Origin: Lama glama
Taxonomy: Eukaryota
Direction: 5' to 3'
Length of the DNA: 64,000 bases
Assembly (NCBI GenBank): GCA_028534125.1
Contig: CM052832.1
Coordinates: 8,372,001 to 8,436,000, forward strand
The notes beneath the pieces were generated by a model. It had not been told where the DNA came from. It saw nothing but the letters and a program-made list of their open reading frames with translations, and ran no database searches. Shown here in pieces: positions 20,601 through 34,000 of the stretch; position 1 is the stretch's first letter; each line of letters starts with the position of its first letter. The translations under genes were made by a program, and so were the position numbers.

Positions 20601-21929
20601 GAAGGTAGGATGAGAGAAAGGCCCCGAGGGAGGTATGAAGTGTCAGGTAGGTACAGACACAGAGCAATCAAACCGGCTGGAATGGGCATCAGGAAGGGCT
20701 TTCTGCAGGAGGTTGTACAGGACGTTTATTCCACAAGCAAGTGTGAAGCTCAGCCCGTGAGCCCTGTTTTGGGCTGCGCCCTGGGACTATAATGATGTGG
20801 AAGGTGCTACCTGTGCAGAGGTGAACTCGAGAGTAAACTGAAAATAGAAACTCTGAGGGGGGCACATGATTGCTGGGAGTGGGAGAGGGCTTTCTGGAGG
20901 AGGTGACACTACAGTCTTGATGGAAGAGCAGGAGGCTAGACAACTGAATGGAACAGGATAGGGAACAGGCAAGGAAGTGAAGTCTGGAGGACACTGCTGG
21001 TTCTCTCAGCTCTCCCAGCGCTCCCCTGGGTGACAGAGACTATGAGGCTAGGCAGAGCAGGAGATTAGGGCTTCTTCGGAAACATTCTCAGCCAAAGCCC
21101 ACAGGGACAATGCTGCTTCCTCAGGGGGTGAGCCCCACACTGCTTTCCCCGCCCCCTGGGACAGCATGTCTCTGCCGGAGTATTTAAACAAGCAAACAGA
21201 CACTAGAGGTAGGTCTGGCTCACATACTGAGCATTGCTCTTGTTTGCCCGGGGGCTAGAAGAAGAGGACAGAGGACCCTATGACCAGCACAGGGCCATTC
21301 ATCTGGGGCAGAGCACACAGCAGAAAGACCTTTCCTCCAGCTCTGCCCACTTCCAATTCCCACCAGGTGCCCAGAGCCCTCCTGCCTGCCTGCCACAGAC
21401 ATGTGGAGACTGGAAACAGCACTGGGCAAAGAAGTCCAGTCCGCTGCATGTTGTGTGACCTTGGCCAAGTCAGTCCCCACTTCCAGACCTCAAGCTTACC
21501 CCAGGTAAAAGCATAAGGCTACACTTCCTCGGCTTTAAGGCTCTGTAACAGCCCCATCAAACACTCCAGCTGAGATCACTGATACAAAATGTCCCATCTT
21601 CCAGGGGTTTGTGCACTTTTAAAGGCTCTTAGGGAGGGCAATGCTTAATTCAAACAAATCCAGCATTAATGGTAAACTCTATGGCACAGCACCAAGTGGG
21701 GGAGGGGAGATGTGGCTCCAAAGAACCCCTCAAACTCCGGCAGGTAAAGAACTGCTTCCTCTCTTACCTGGGAAGCCAGGACTTCTGTCCATTCTTGAAA
21801 AGACACTGGCTTGGTGAACACTCACTGTGAAATGCCCCCATCAGCTCCCCTGCCCCACCCTCCTCCCCCCATAGCATGCAATGGAAAAAGCCAAACAAGT
21901 TGGGCTCAGTCTTGGTTTACCATGTCTAA

Positions 21930-22090
21930 ATCATGAGACTTTGGACACAGGACTTCAACTGTCTGAGCCTCAGTTTCCTCATCTGTAAAATGAGAGTCAT
22001 GGTGGTTACCTCCCAAGGTTGTGGGGAGATATACAGAGACAGTGAATATAAGCAAAGCTCCTGGCCTAAAGTAGGTGTCATTTAATGTCA
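21930..22090 (+). mobile_element. MIR SINE
   Basis: tctgagcctcagtttcctcatctgtaaaatg. Confidence 0.8.
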
Positions 22091-25000
22091 CTTCCCTTCC
22101 CTTTCTCCTATCCTTACCCCCATGTGTGAGCAAACTCTCAGAGAATGCAAACGTACTATCATTTGGCTAAAGTCAAACAGAATGGAGTAGGGAAATGAGT
22201 TATCCCATCCCCCTGTGGAAAAAAAGAAAGAAAGAAATCACATAACGCATGCCAAAAATGACTAGGGGTAGGGGATATGTTGGCTTGCTTCCTGCTTTAG
22301 TCTTTCTTCAGAGCGACTGTTTTACCAGGTTGTCATTGAGTTGGCCACAATGTAAGTTCCTTAAAGAAAATCCTAGGCCAAAAAAAAAGGAGGTAGGGAC
22401 TCAAAGTGCCCCCCCCCCGACCTCTTAGCAAAAAGGGTCCTTTCTCTCCTCCCCTAGTGACTCCCTGTGCCTGTGCCGGAGGTGTGGCCCATAACCCAGC
22501 CCCACCCCCCACCCCCCCACCTCCCCACCCCCCTGACGGTTCACAAAGATAAAACTGGTTAATGATTGGCCCCCTGAGAGGAGTCACCCCACCACCTTGC
22601 CTGTCTTCCCAGACCCAGCAGTGCAGGGTGGGCTGTGGGGAGTGGGAGAGACCTCCCCCAGCTTCCAGGAGCAGCCTGGCTTAACATCCTCGAGATAATC
22701 AGTGGAGGAGCCAATTAGTCAAGGAGTATCATGTCAGGAGAACATCAGACTGATTCCTGGGAGCCTTGGGTGTTTTTAGAGGTGGAGCGGGTGGGGGAAG
22801 GTGGGCAGCGGGCAAGCACAGCGCACCCAGTTTTATCTGCCTCATTGATTAGAGTTTCACTTGGGATATCATTTGAAGAAATGGCTTCACTGCTAAAGAA
22901 GTTTAAAAATCCCTTCACTGGCCAAATGAGCAGAAGGAGGCCCAGGGCTGTCTGAAGCCATTCAGATCTCTTGACTCAAAACTCTGAGCCATGGCTACCT
23001 CTCCAAGGGCCACTTAAGCCCTTAATCAGGGCCCAGCACTGAGCCAGGCTCCTTTGGGGATACATAGAACTTCTGCCCTATGGGGAACCAGACGGTGCCA
23101 GAGAAGGGTGCTGGTGCTAGATGCCATGTGCATTTGGAGAGGTCAGCTTCTGGGCCTAGGGCTCCATCCTTTGCTCCTTCTTCCCATGTAGAGGGGCTCA
23201 GCACCCCCTCATTCCAGGTAGTGCCCTGCAGAGGCACAGCTTGTGTGACTCATGCCCCACTGGGGTCCCCTGGAAAGATGGCCCTGTCTACATCTCCCCA
23301 TATGCCAGCCCACTCAGTCAGACCCAACTCCTTCCAGAACACAGTTGGAAGCATCAGAAAAAGTGAAGTAGGGCACCCTCCGGGCTACTGTGCCTGCTGC
23401 CAGCTTCCCTGAGACCTGGCCCTGGTCTACTCTAGCACTGGGGTACCAGCTCCCCAAGCTGAGGGTGATGGCCAATACATTTAACATCCATTATGGACCA
23501 GGCACGTACCACACAGAGCTGGGGGCATATGCTGAGACAGGCATAAATCCCTCAGTTTCCGGATTGTAGGGAGGGCCAGGGGACCTAGGAAGGGACTAAG
23601 ATGGCCAGAAAGGCATACAGGGGACTCAGGGGCTGGAACAGCAGCTATTTACCTATCAGGTGGCTGTGCCGGGCTGTACCAGCTGACCGCCTGTACCAGC
23701 TGATTATCTGCCCTGACCCAATCCACTCTCTGCTCTAGGCTGGAATGTGCAGTTCCCCGCTGAGAATGAGGCCTGTCTGGGGCCCTGGTCTGCGTGCCTT
23801 CATATCGCCTCTGCTTCTGGGAAGACCAGGCCATGACTCCCCTATTCTCCATCCATAAGTATAGCTCAACCCAGCATAGCAGGAACCACACTGCTCTCAG
23901 TTTCCAGCCACTGTTGAAAAATGGCGTGTACAGCCCTGGGCCAGAATTCCAACCCCCAGATCATGGACAACCACGAGTAATCGAGAATTTTCCTTTCCCT
24001 CCTTGTCTCATTTTTCTTGGATATCTCATCCCTCCTCACCTCCTTTCTGCCCACTCCTGCTGTCCCAGGGGGCCTCCTGGCCAGTCCTATTGGCTGAGTG
24101 CTCCTCTGTGCCTTCAGAAGCCTTAGCTTTTCAGAGCCCCCTGGGAGGTGACTGCTTCCCACTTCCCACCCACTGTTGGGAGACAAACTAGGGGGAAAGA
24201 TGCTCTTCACATCTCGCCAGTTCCCACTAGCCCTCCAGGGACGGCGGGAGAACCTGCAGAGGGACAGTTCTGAGGAGATGGGATGCGTTCCTACCCATCG
24301 GGCACCAAGGGTGCTGGGGTGACAACTCCAGTGAGAGTAACGAGTGCAGTGAGGGGTGCCAAACCCCCTCCACCAAGCCCCTGGGGTGACCCGAGGCTTT
24401 AAAGAGGAGAGAGGCAGGGACGTGAGTCTACCCTTCACCAGCCCCAGGTCATTGCCCTGGGGGAGCCTCCCCACACTGCGTGACCCTCTTCCCACCTCTC
24501 CTCCACCAACCTCCTCCTCTCCATTGCTCCTCATATCTCCAGGCGGAAGGCTGCAGAGACAAAAAAAACATGCATGCACGCACACACACACCACTACCAC
24601 CACCACCACCCATGACAGGGCCCCACAGAGAAAAGAAGAGTGTTCCCAGAAATCCAGCTGTTCCAGGCAAGACGACCTGGGTCACAGCGCCCTTCCTACA
24701 GGAACCGCAGAGGGGCTGGGCGTCCCCTGAGCACCCCCTCCCAATACCGCTGCAGAAATTACTTTGAAAGCCCCTCTTACAGAGAGAACTCTGTAAGCCG
24801 TGCCATTAAGCACTGCTGCTTCCTGAGCAGCTCCTCAGAGACCCATGCATGGGGCTGTGGCTGAAGGTCAAAAGACCTGAGTTCAAAACCAGGAACTGTC
24901 ACTGCCTGGCTGTATGACGTGGAGCAAGGCTCTGCCCATCTCTGGCCTCAATATTTTCTCTGCAGAGTGAAGTCATAGACTGATTTCTAAAGCCCTGCTA

Positions 25001-26780
25001 GGGTCCCCAGTCCATGGCTGTAAGGGAAGCAGGAAGGATGAGAGCTATAGACACCCCAGCCTGTGGCCTGGCAGTCTGAAAGAGACGGAGGGAGGACCAA
25101 GGAACACCACTCCAGTACCACCTCTTAGAGATGCTGTAAAGATCACAGGAGTATAGGTGGGCGGGGAGGCAGAGAAGAGCATTCTCTTCGGTCCGCTGTC
25201 TGACCGACAGCCTGGGTTTGCCTGTTGCCATCCACCAGGACAGCTGGGACTGCAGTAAGAAGGATTTGATTTAGATACACAGAGGCCTACCAAGCTCATC
25301 TTCTCTGGGGGCACTTATGGGATGATAGCAGCAGGATGTTTATCTAGAGACTTCATGCCCCGTTCATGGCCTGGATGAAATGTCAGGGAGTGGGAGAGAA
25401 GGGGGCAGAAAGGAGGAGACAGCAAGACAGAGTGTTAGCTCCGGGGCCCCGCTTTGGGAGAGAAGGTGGGTGGGGTGCCCGTGCCTCCAGTCTGGGAGCT
25501 GAAGTAGAGAAAGGAATTTGTCAGGGGTGTGGTGAGGCCAAGAGCAGGGCAGCAGGGGAATGGAATGAGAAGGCTCTCAAGTGGCAAAGCAATTGTTTGT
25601 GAGAAACGGAGAGAAAGACCCTTCCCTGGTGAGAGGGGGTAAGAGGGAGCCTTAGCTCGGGACTCCCTGCTGGGGCATCCCCAGCCCCACTCCAGGTTCA
25701 GCAGAACCTCACTGGCATGGAGCCTGCACCTCCACATGACTTCAGCTTGGGCAGGGGAGCCCAGGGCTGCTGTTTGAGAAGTTGAGTGACATCAACCCAG
25801 CCTGGGCTCAGGCACTTGGGTGGGTAAGGCTGGGGGTGTCCACAGGGCAGCTAATGAGGACAAGGGGCCTTCCCCACAAGACTATGGGACTCTCAGGCCA
25901 GTTCTGTTTTTTCCTCTGGGTATCATCCCCACCCTTCATATGGAGGCAGCTGGTAAGGCTCTAGGGGATTCCTGGCTGTCAGAAGACAGGTCCACAGTTG
26001 TCCCCACACACCCCAGGGGTGGCAGAGACAGCCCCCAGCCTCTCTGAAGCTGCCCAAGGGGAAGGTGAGAAACGGAGAAGGGCTGTCCTGCTGGGCTGGC
26101 TGGGTAAGGCCACGGAGCTCCTTTTCTGGCCCACAAGAGGGAGGCCCCTCCACACCCAGACAGTGGGGGGGGCTCTTGAACCCCCTTCTACCTGAGCCAA
26201 CAGCAAACTCGCTGGGCACTTCCAGCAGCAGGCTTCAGATAAAGCTCTTGTCTGACTGTGGGTAACTTCTGGACATTCTTGGAAGCCCAGGGCCCCCTGC
26301 TCAATCAGGACCCCTCCTGGGTGTCTCACCCAGTGCCACCCCAAGCCTCTAGAGGGCATGGGAGAGCAGCGCTGGACTTCCCCGGCCCCTGGGGCAGACC
26401 CTGGTGGCTCTGGGCACAGGTCCTAGGGGCTAACCAGCTGCCCCCACCCCCTGCCCCTGGGGGAGGGGGCTCCACACTGGAGGCTCTGCAGCCAGACTCA
26501 CCATCTAGGGGCAGGAGAGAGTGCACCAGGCCCGGAGGGGGAGCTGCTTGGAGGATGCAGGGACATGTGGGCTGTGGGGCAAGCTGAGGAAGGGTGGGTT
26601 TGAACAGTGGAAAGATCATCTGAGACCAATCTGATATTATCCTGCTGTTCATCTGGGAACAGAAGGGAGAGCTGGGCTGTGGGCCGTGGGCCATGGGCTG
26701 TGGGCATTTCTGCCTGACCTGGGAATAAAGAGGGGCTTTTTGGCCCACCCAGCAGAGCTGCAAAGTTCCCCACGCCCATG

Positions 26781-26925
26781 CAGGATCAGAACTAGGGTGA
26801 GGCAAGTAAGGCAGCTGGGGCACAAAATTTAGGGAGGTGCTCACTCTCACGTGCAGGGTTGGCCCTGACAGCGAGCACCTCCGTAAATACTTCACCTCAC
26901 TCTCCTTATCTTAGTCCCAGGCCTG
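26781..26925. mobile_element. Palindromic hAT-type MITE, MER96-like
   Basis: Ends ctagggtgaggcaag / ttagtcccaggcct; internal inverted repeat 26827-26849 vs 26866-26888 (20/23). Confidence 0.65.
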
Positions 26926-27164
26926 CCCTCTGGGCTGCCTGTCCTGGTGACTAAAGTCACAGGCATATCTGAGGCAGAGGTGGGAAGGGTCACTTTTTCA
27001 TAAGGGACTCAAAGGAAAGAACTAACCTATAACTCAGCGAGAAGGGAAGGGAGTATAGGATGAGGAGGGACACAGCTGTCTGTTGCCTGAGCCTGGGCCC
27101 CTTTGTCTGTCTGTCTGTGTCAGTGTCTGCGTGTGTATTTGTGCATCCGGATTGTGGGTCTGTC

Positions 27165-27350
27165 AATTTCTAGCTATGTGTCCTTGAGCGAGTTACCCAA
27201 CCTCTCTGAGCCTCAGTTTCCTTGAAGACTTGTGATAATAATACCTGCGCCATAAGGCTGTAGTGAGGACTGAGTGAGCTAATACAAGGAAAGGGCGTCG
27301 CATAAGCACCTGGCCCGCACACAGGAGAAGCTAAATTAATGGTGATTGCT
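27165..27350 (+). mobile_element. MIR SINE
   Basis: aacctctctgagcctcagtttcct...gtgaggactgagtgagctaata. Confidence 0.75.
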
Positions 27351-27824
27351 ATTCACATTTTAAATATTATTATTGTGTGTGGTTTCAGCTTACTCTGCAG
27401 CCTTATTTCCCACTGCCTCCCTATATACACATCCCACTCCTGCCAGACAAGACTTCTCATAGCCCCGAACACACATTGATTATTTCTTCATCCTGGTCTG
27501 TGTGCCACCAGCCATCAAGAAGGACGCACCTTAAAACAAGACTTCCTGGACCACTTCTGCTCAGTGGTCTCCCTAAAGTTCCTACAGCATGAGCTGTCTG
27601 TACCTCTCATGCCAGCCTCAATTTGCTATTCAATGCATTTAACTTTTTGAGGGTGTGTGTGCGAGATCACTCTCCCAGCACGCTTACGTAGGAGGGACTG
27701 TATTTTTCAGTGATCTGTATTCCCTCTGCCCCAGCCTAAGGGCTAATATAGCCTGCAGGTGTAGAGAGCCACATGTAGACTCTTTGTGAATGATGAAGAT
27801 AATAATGGTAAATACTGCCTTTGC

Positions 27825-28010
27825 TCGCATTCCTACTGTGTGCCTTACATTATCTTATTAATCCCCACTAACCCTGTGACGTAGATTATAATTGTAAAAC
27901 TATAGTTTGGAGAGTTTAAGTAACTTGCCCAAGGTCATACCGCAAATAAAAAACAGAGCTGGGATTTAAACCATCAGGCTCCAAAATCTGCACTCTTAAC
28001 CACTACGGTC
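27825..28010 (-). mobile_element. MIR SINE
   Basis: aagtaacttgcccaaggtcatac...cagagctgggatttaaacc. Confidence 0.75.
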
Positions 28011-31000
28011 TGAATAAAAGAATGAACTGAAAACCAGAATTTCCTTTTTGTACTCAAAGAAGGAAATAATAGCAAAGCAAAGTGACATCAGACCTTCAGT
28101 CAAATTGCTTTCGGAGTTTTGAATCAGAGTCCAGAGTGAGGCCAGAGATCTCAGCCGTTACAGAAAGAGGCACCCAGGTGGTCTTGCCTTATTCACCAGG
28201 GTTTTATGAAAAAAAAAAACTTAGCAAATGAAGTTGAAAAAAATACTCACCCCAGAGTAAATCTGAAAAATCACTCTCCTTGATCATTCAATCACCAGGA
28301 TGTTCGAGTTGATCCTAGTTCTACTTGAATTGTCTGTAGGAGAAACTTACTTACTCTCCTTTGTTGATCAACAATTTAGCAACTTTTTGATAATTAAATG
28401 GGCAACATCAGTCAGCCAGCAAATATTACATGGAGTAACCACCAAAAAACCATTCACTGACTGATTTTCACAAATACCCCCATCAGTCCTCAGCTGTAAT
28501 AAGTAAAATCTGGCCATGAGGACTGTACCCCTCATGCCTCTGTCCTCCTTTGCCTTCTTCCTTTTGTTGCTCCAGGGCTAAACTGACTTGAAATGTCTAC
28601 ACTACATTCCTCTCAGTGACTCAGTTTCCTCATCTGGAAAATGGGGATAATAATACTACCAACTTCACAGAGCTATAGCAAGGTCCTGATGAGGTGGCGA
28701 GTGTAAATAAAGCACAGAGGTGGGCAGCAGTGTGTGCATAATAAATGTATGGGGCTGTGCTGCTGTCATCTCAAGCTGGGTAGAGGTACCCAGATGCCTG
28801 ATCTCACTCTGGCTGCAGGGAAGCAGCTTCTCCTTCCCCCCTGCCTGCTAGGATGAACGTCCCCGGAAACTGACCTTCTGCACTCTCCTGCCCCGCCAGT
28901 CACACCTCGGCCCCCCAGAGGCTTGGCATCATCATTGAACTCCATGGGCTAAGAGGTAATGGGAGATCATACTGTTCAACTTTACTGTTTCTGACATGGA
29001 AGGCAAAACCTTCTGCAACCTACACATCTCACCCCAAATCATATACCATTTGCGTCCAGATTACCTGCAAAATCCTAAATAACCCCACACACACAAAAAA
29101 ATGGGCCTTTACATGAATTGACCTACAAAGCTGTTTGCTCAAAACACTTTTAGACTCTATTTCTTTTTGTGAATTGACCTCAGACTTCATTGTACACCAA
29201 ACAAGGAAATCAATCTCATAATTTGGTGCCACACCTTGATTTGGATAAAAAAAAAAGGGGGGGTGTTGTTATTACCTGCTCAGTTTGCTCACTCTTCTGG
29301 GTCACACAGCTTGGCATTAAATACCTTTTGGCTATTTCCACATACTAGTCAGTTCCCAAGTGTGAAGTCTTGACAACATTGAGGAAAATTTCTAATGTGA
29401 AAAATACTCTAAAGACAGTTCATTTGTTGATTCATAAATTTAGTAAGTATTTCTTGATATTTCCTTACATATCAGCCCCTATGCAGTGGGATGAAATACC
29501 ATCCTAGACCAGACTGCTCTCTTGGAACGCACAGGTTAACTCCTGAGAAGAGCATACCTGGTCTATGATTATGTGAAATTGGTAATAATAAAAAAAAAGC
29601 CTCTAATAATGGATAAAGGGACGTCCAAGGAAAGATGGCAGCCTGAACACTGGCAGCCACTTTTGCTCTTTCCTAAAACTCCACTCAAGCAAAGTTAAAT
29701 GCTTTCTAAATTTTTCTTTCATTTTGATTTTGTTTCTTAAGGTATGCACCCACAAGGACAGGAGGAATGGGAGAGGAGATTACAGCAACAAAATTTTGGA
29801 AGCTAGAAAGTAGGTGAAAATCAGTAAAGAACGTGAAGCAGGTGGTGATAAAAGCCATTACCACCTAATCTATACCCCAGGATCCCCCAAAGTCTTGAGA
29901 ATTGGCAACACTGGTTACCTCTGAAAGTAGATGCTAAATTGGTGGTCATTTCTTATACAGCAATAGACAACTAATACACTCAGTATGATGGGAAGCCATT
30001 GGTACATACTGGCTTTACTTTAATGTCACTCCAATTAGATAGTAAGTTCCCTAAAGGCATAAACCCAACAGTCTACATGTCCTTCCACAAGACTGGGCCA
30101 GGTGCCACGTGGATACCCAAGAACTTTTCCACAAATGGGTAAAACGTTTTGATCAAAAGCAAGCTATTTGGGAAAATGGCCCAGCCTCTTGCACTGACCA
30201 CTTTGAAGGGCTGCTGATATTTGCATACATTCTTTAAAAAAAATGGTTGCACTCTGAATACATATGTTTTGCCTTCTTCTGAGGTGAATGACATCTCCAA
30301 ATGTGACTTGCTGCAATAGCAAACACATAGCTTCCATCCAAACACAGCTCCAACAGACCTTCCCTTCCACTGCCAGTAACACCACCATCACCCAGCAACC
30401 CAAGCTCTGAACCTTAGACTCACACTCTATTCCTGCCTCCCCCATCCTCCCCATAGTTGGAGTCCTAGATATCCATTTCCCGAAATGCCCCTCCATAAGT
30501 GCCAACCTTCGTGTTCTCACCACTGTCGGCCTAACTGAGGCTTCTTCTGCTCTCACCTACATAAGGGCAAGGGCTCCCAAAGAGCTTTGCCTTTCCCTCT
30601 TCCCTGCCTCAAATCCTCCTTGGTCACTGCAACCTGGCTAATCCCCCCAAGATAACACTTGGCACATGTGAGCCCTTTCTCCAAAACCTCCATACGTTCC
30701 TCATTGGTCATTCAAGAGAGTTAGGTGCCCCACACCAGGCTGTGAGTGTCTTTGTAGCATCACTGGTGTTCCATGTCTGCACAAGGATATTGATAATAAT
30801 GGTCATGAGAATTTGGAAGCTTTCTTTTCTACTAGGTCAGAGAAGACCAGCCTGGGTTGTCATTCTCCCACGCTCTAAGGACCTAATCAGAAGCAGGGGG
30901 AAGCTGTGAAGCGTGTCTACTCTTCTCTATAAACCTACTGCTCACAACCCCTCCCTACCCCTGGGAATCCTGGCCAGCATTCATGCCCCCTGCCCCCCGC

Positions 31001-34000
31001 AGTTACTCCTTTATCTAGATCAGCTGTCAGATCTTCTGCTCACAATAAAGGGGTTCCACTCCCAAGGGTGGGGTTTCAAGTATCAGCTGGAGGATGCAGT
31101 GAGATGTTTGAATGGCGGGGATATGGAGCTTTGCTCCTGCATCCAAAAACACACCCGCGCCCAGGCAGCAGGACTGACGTTAATAAAAGAATAGCATTGA
31201 ACACACAAACCTTCCCACCACAGCTGGGAACCAAACAAGAATCCAGGAAATGGGCAGATCCAGAATAGGCTACTGGAAGGAATCCCCAGTGAGAAGATGG
31301 AGAAGAAATCTGTGAGATGCCCAGTGCCCTGGAGATCTTCACAGAATAAAAGAATAGCTCCTCCCGCCCTCCCCACCTGAGACCCTTCTCCCACACCCCC
31401 AAAGGTCAGGCTGGGTAGGAGGAGTGGTAATTCAGTCTAGAAGTGCAGGGAAGGCTGCTATGGCCTTGGTCATTTTCATCCTCCCACCTCATTACCAACT
31501 TCAAGGAGAGTAGACTAAGCTTTCTACAAGTCCAGCCAACCCCACGAATGGATGATGGAGAAGGCATCTTCTAGATCCAGCAGACTCTCCCGACTCTGTC
31601 CTATTCCCCCTATTGAAGCCCAGAGAAGGGAACCCCTTTGCAACCCTTGCCTCCTAGCAATTGTAGCCCACAGCTTCCTGGACCCAGAGAGGGGAAGCCT
31701 CTGAGCGTATGCATGCGTGGGGGCCGGGAGGGATTGGGGGCATAATGGAAAAGGAGGAAGGGAGGAAGATGTACACAGCTTGCGGGGAGAAGGGGGGCTG
31801 GCCCTCTGGCATCCTGGAGGAGTCTTCCTCCTTAATTGCTTGAGTTCTACAGCTGTCATGGCTAACGAGAAATTAAAAAGTACCCTGACCCCTGACCCCC
31901 GCCCCTGCCCCCATCCTCACAAGTGCTTTCTCAGCACGTTGCTCTCAGAGAAGCACCCAGTGGAGGATGCTGTGGAGACTGAGACCTGGGGACGCCTTGG
32001 GCTGACTGCTCTCTGATCCTTGAAGGGGGAGGCAGGAGGATGCAGCGGGGAGGGGAGGTGGGAGTGGGTCCTCGGCTTCTCCACTCAGGCTCTGGTTTTC
32101 TGGACAGCCCTGATTATTTTAGATCTCCTGCTTCATAATCCCCACAACTCTTCTGGGACTTGTCAAAATTTCAGGCCCAGATTTGGGGTTTGGGAAATAG
32201 GGTCCCTGGAACTGCAGATGGAAGATCTAGACTCAGCTGCCCTGGGCACAGTGAATTATATAAAATGGAGAGAAGTGATGGGTCAGAAACCACAGCAAGA
32301 AGGATCACAGCTAGCACAGGGGAGAACTGCCAGCTATCTCTCTCACCACACCCAGAGAAGCAGTCTCATCTGCAAGGACAAGAAGCCTCTGCTCACCATC
32401 ACCCATGGGAGCCCTCACGATCTGGCCAGTGCCTGACTCCTCTCCTCACCCCTACTCAGAACCCAAGGCCAGACACTAACTTACTTGCTCTCAGAATGGA
32501 TTTTCAGCATCCACAGATTTGAGACCATCAGCATAGCTCCTCCCTGCCACCCACCCTACCCTCTTCTCCCCACAAGGACCATTGAATTTTCATGAGCAAA
32601 ATGCTGTGGTCTAATATCTCCCCTTCCCATTCTTCATCTGCACTGCCCCCCACGGTTCTGCACAGTGCAGTTAGATAGCGGCATCATGAACCCAGATTAC
32701 AGACAATTTCCCCCAGTGGATTCTAGTTCTTTCCCTTTAAATAATAACACCGCAATGAACATCTCTGCTCACGTAGTCGAGTGACTATGATTCCCAAATA
32801 CATTTGCTATTGTTCTGTCAATCTTGTGTGGATACCGTGGAGATTAATGATACATGATTTCATTTCAAACTGTTCCCAACTTCATCACAGATTGTTGCCT
32901 TCACAGATGTTCTCAGATGATGGATACCCGTCTTACAACAGCTGTCCTTTGGAGTTCTGGGATGTTTTGAAGTGTTTTAGTGTTAAAATAGGGTTTTCCA
33001 GCTCAAGATGCTTGGGGATCCGCACACAAGCTCAACCAACTGTTGCTGCACATGTGCGACCCCCAATCGCATTAGTATTCCGTCCTGGCAAATCTTACAT
33101 AATTCCATTTTTACATAAGTCAGAATCCTTTCAGATCAGGAGATAAGCAAAGCAGGTAACTGCTTGGCAGCAGTGTGAACACAGAGGGGAGGATGGAAAC
33201 CTGTGTAGTGAGGGTGTCACAGCTTTCCTTGCCCGTGAACAAGGGTTACTTCAGAGTGAAGGAGCAGGGAGCGTGACACACGCGTTTACACCCTGTCAGC
33301 CAGGCCTCTCTTGCCAAGGCTCCTGGAAAAGCTTGACTCAGACTGAGTTTACATAAATCAGCCTTACATAAGAGTATATCTATAAAGACCTGGAAGGTAC
33401 AAGGTGAAATTAAACAGCTGGGATTATGGGTGTGAGTTTAATTTGGGGGAACCCGACATTATGAGACCACTTTAAAAATAATATAAGCAAGTTCAAGATC
33501 AGGCTTGGGCAGAATGCCTACTATGCACCCAGCCCTGTGGAGGTGTTGTCAGATAATTAAGAGATGTTATGAGACGGTCCCTGCCTTAACGAAGCCTATA
33601 ATCAAGTTATGGAAAGCTCTAGATTCCGCTATAAAGCTGGTTTCCATCTCCCTCCCACTCAGTTGGGCCCCGGGGCTCTGGCCACTGTCTGCTCACTCTT
33701 AATACCAGACCCCCCTACCACATTACTCCCTAGCCACGCCCTCCCCTCATCCTGTCCCCTAGCTTGTCCCCACAAAGGAGTAATTCTCTCCATGTAGGGG
33801 ATATTCCTTGGCATGTCCCTGATCTTCACAGCTATGACAATGTCAAAAGACACCCCTCCCCCCAAACCCCCTCCCTCAGCTACCTTCCTTGCCTCCCCGG
33901 GATCTTTGAGGGGACTCCAGTGTTCCTGACTTCTCTCTGTTCCCAGCCCAGGGAGACTCAGAATGGGGAAGAGGGAGGGAGGGGCCAACAGGCCGCCACC

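Noticed and set aside
21456..21464. TGACCTTG nuclear-receptor half-sites scattered upstream
   Set aside because: Mostly part of the MIR consensus (tgtgaccttgggcaag), so not evidence of a dedicated element.
28352..28405. Ankyrin-like peptide YQKVAKLLINKG on the minus strand
   Set aside because: Bounded by in-frame stops on both sides and lacks the TPLH motif; likely coincidence.
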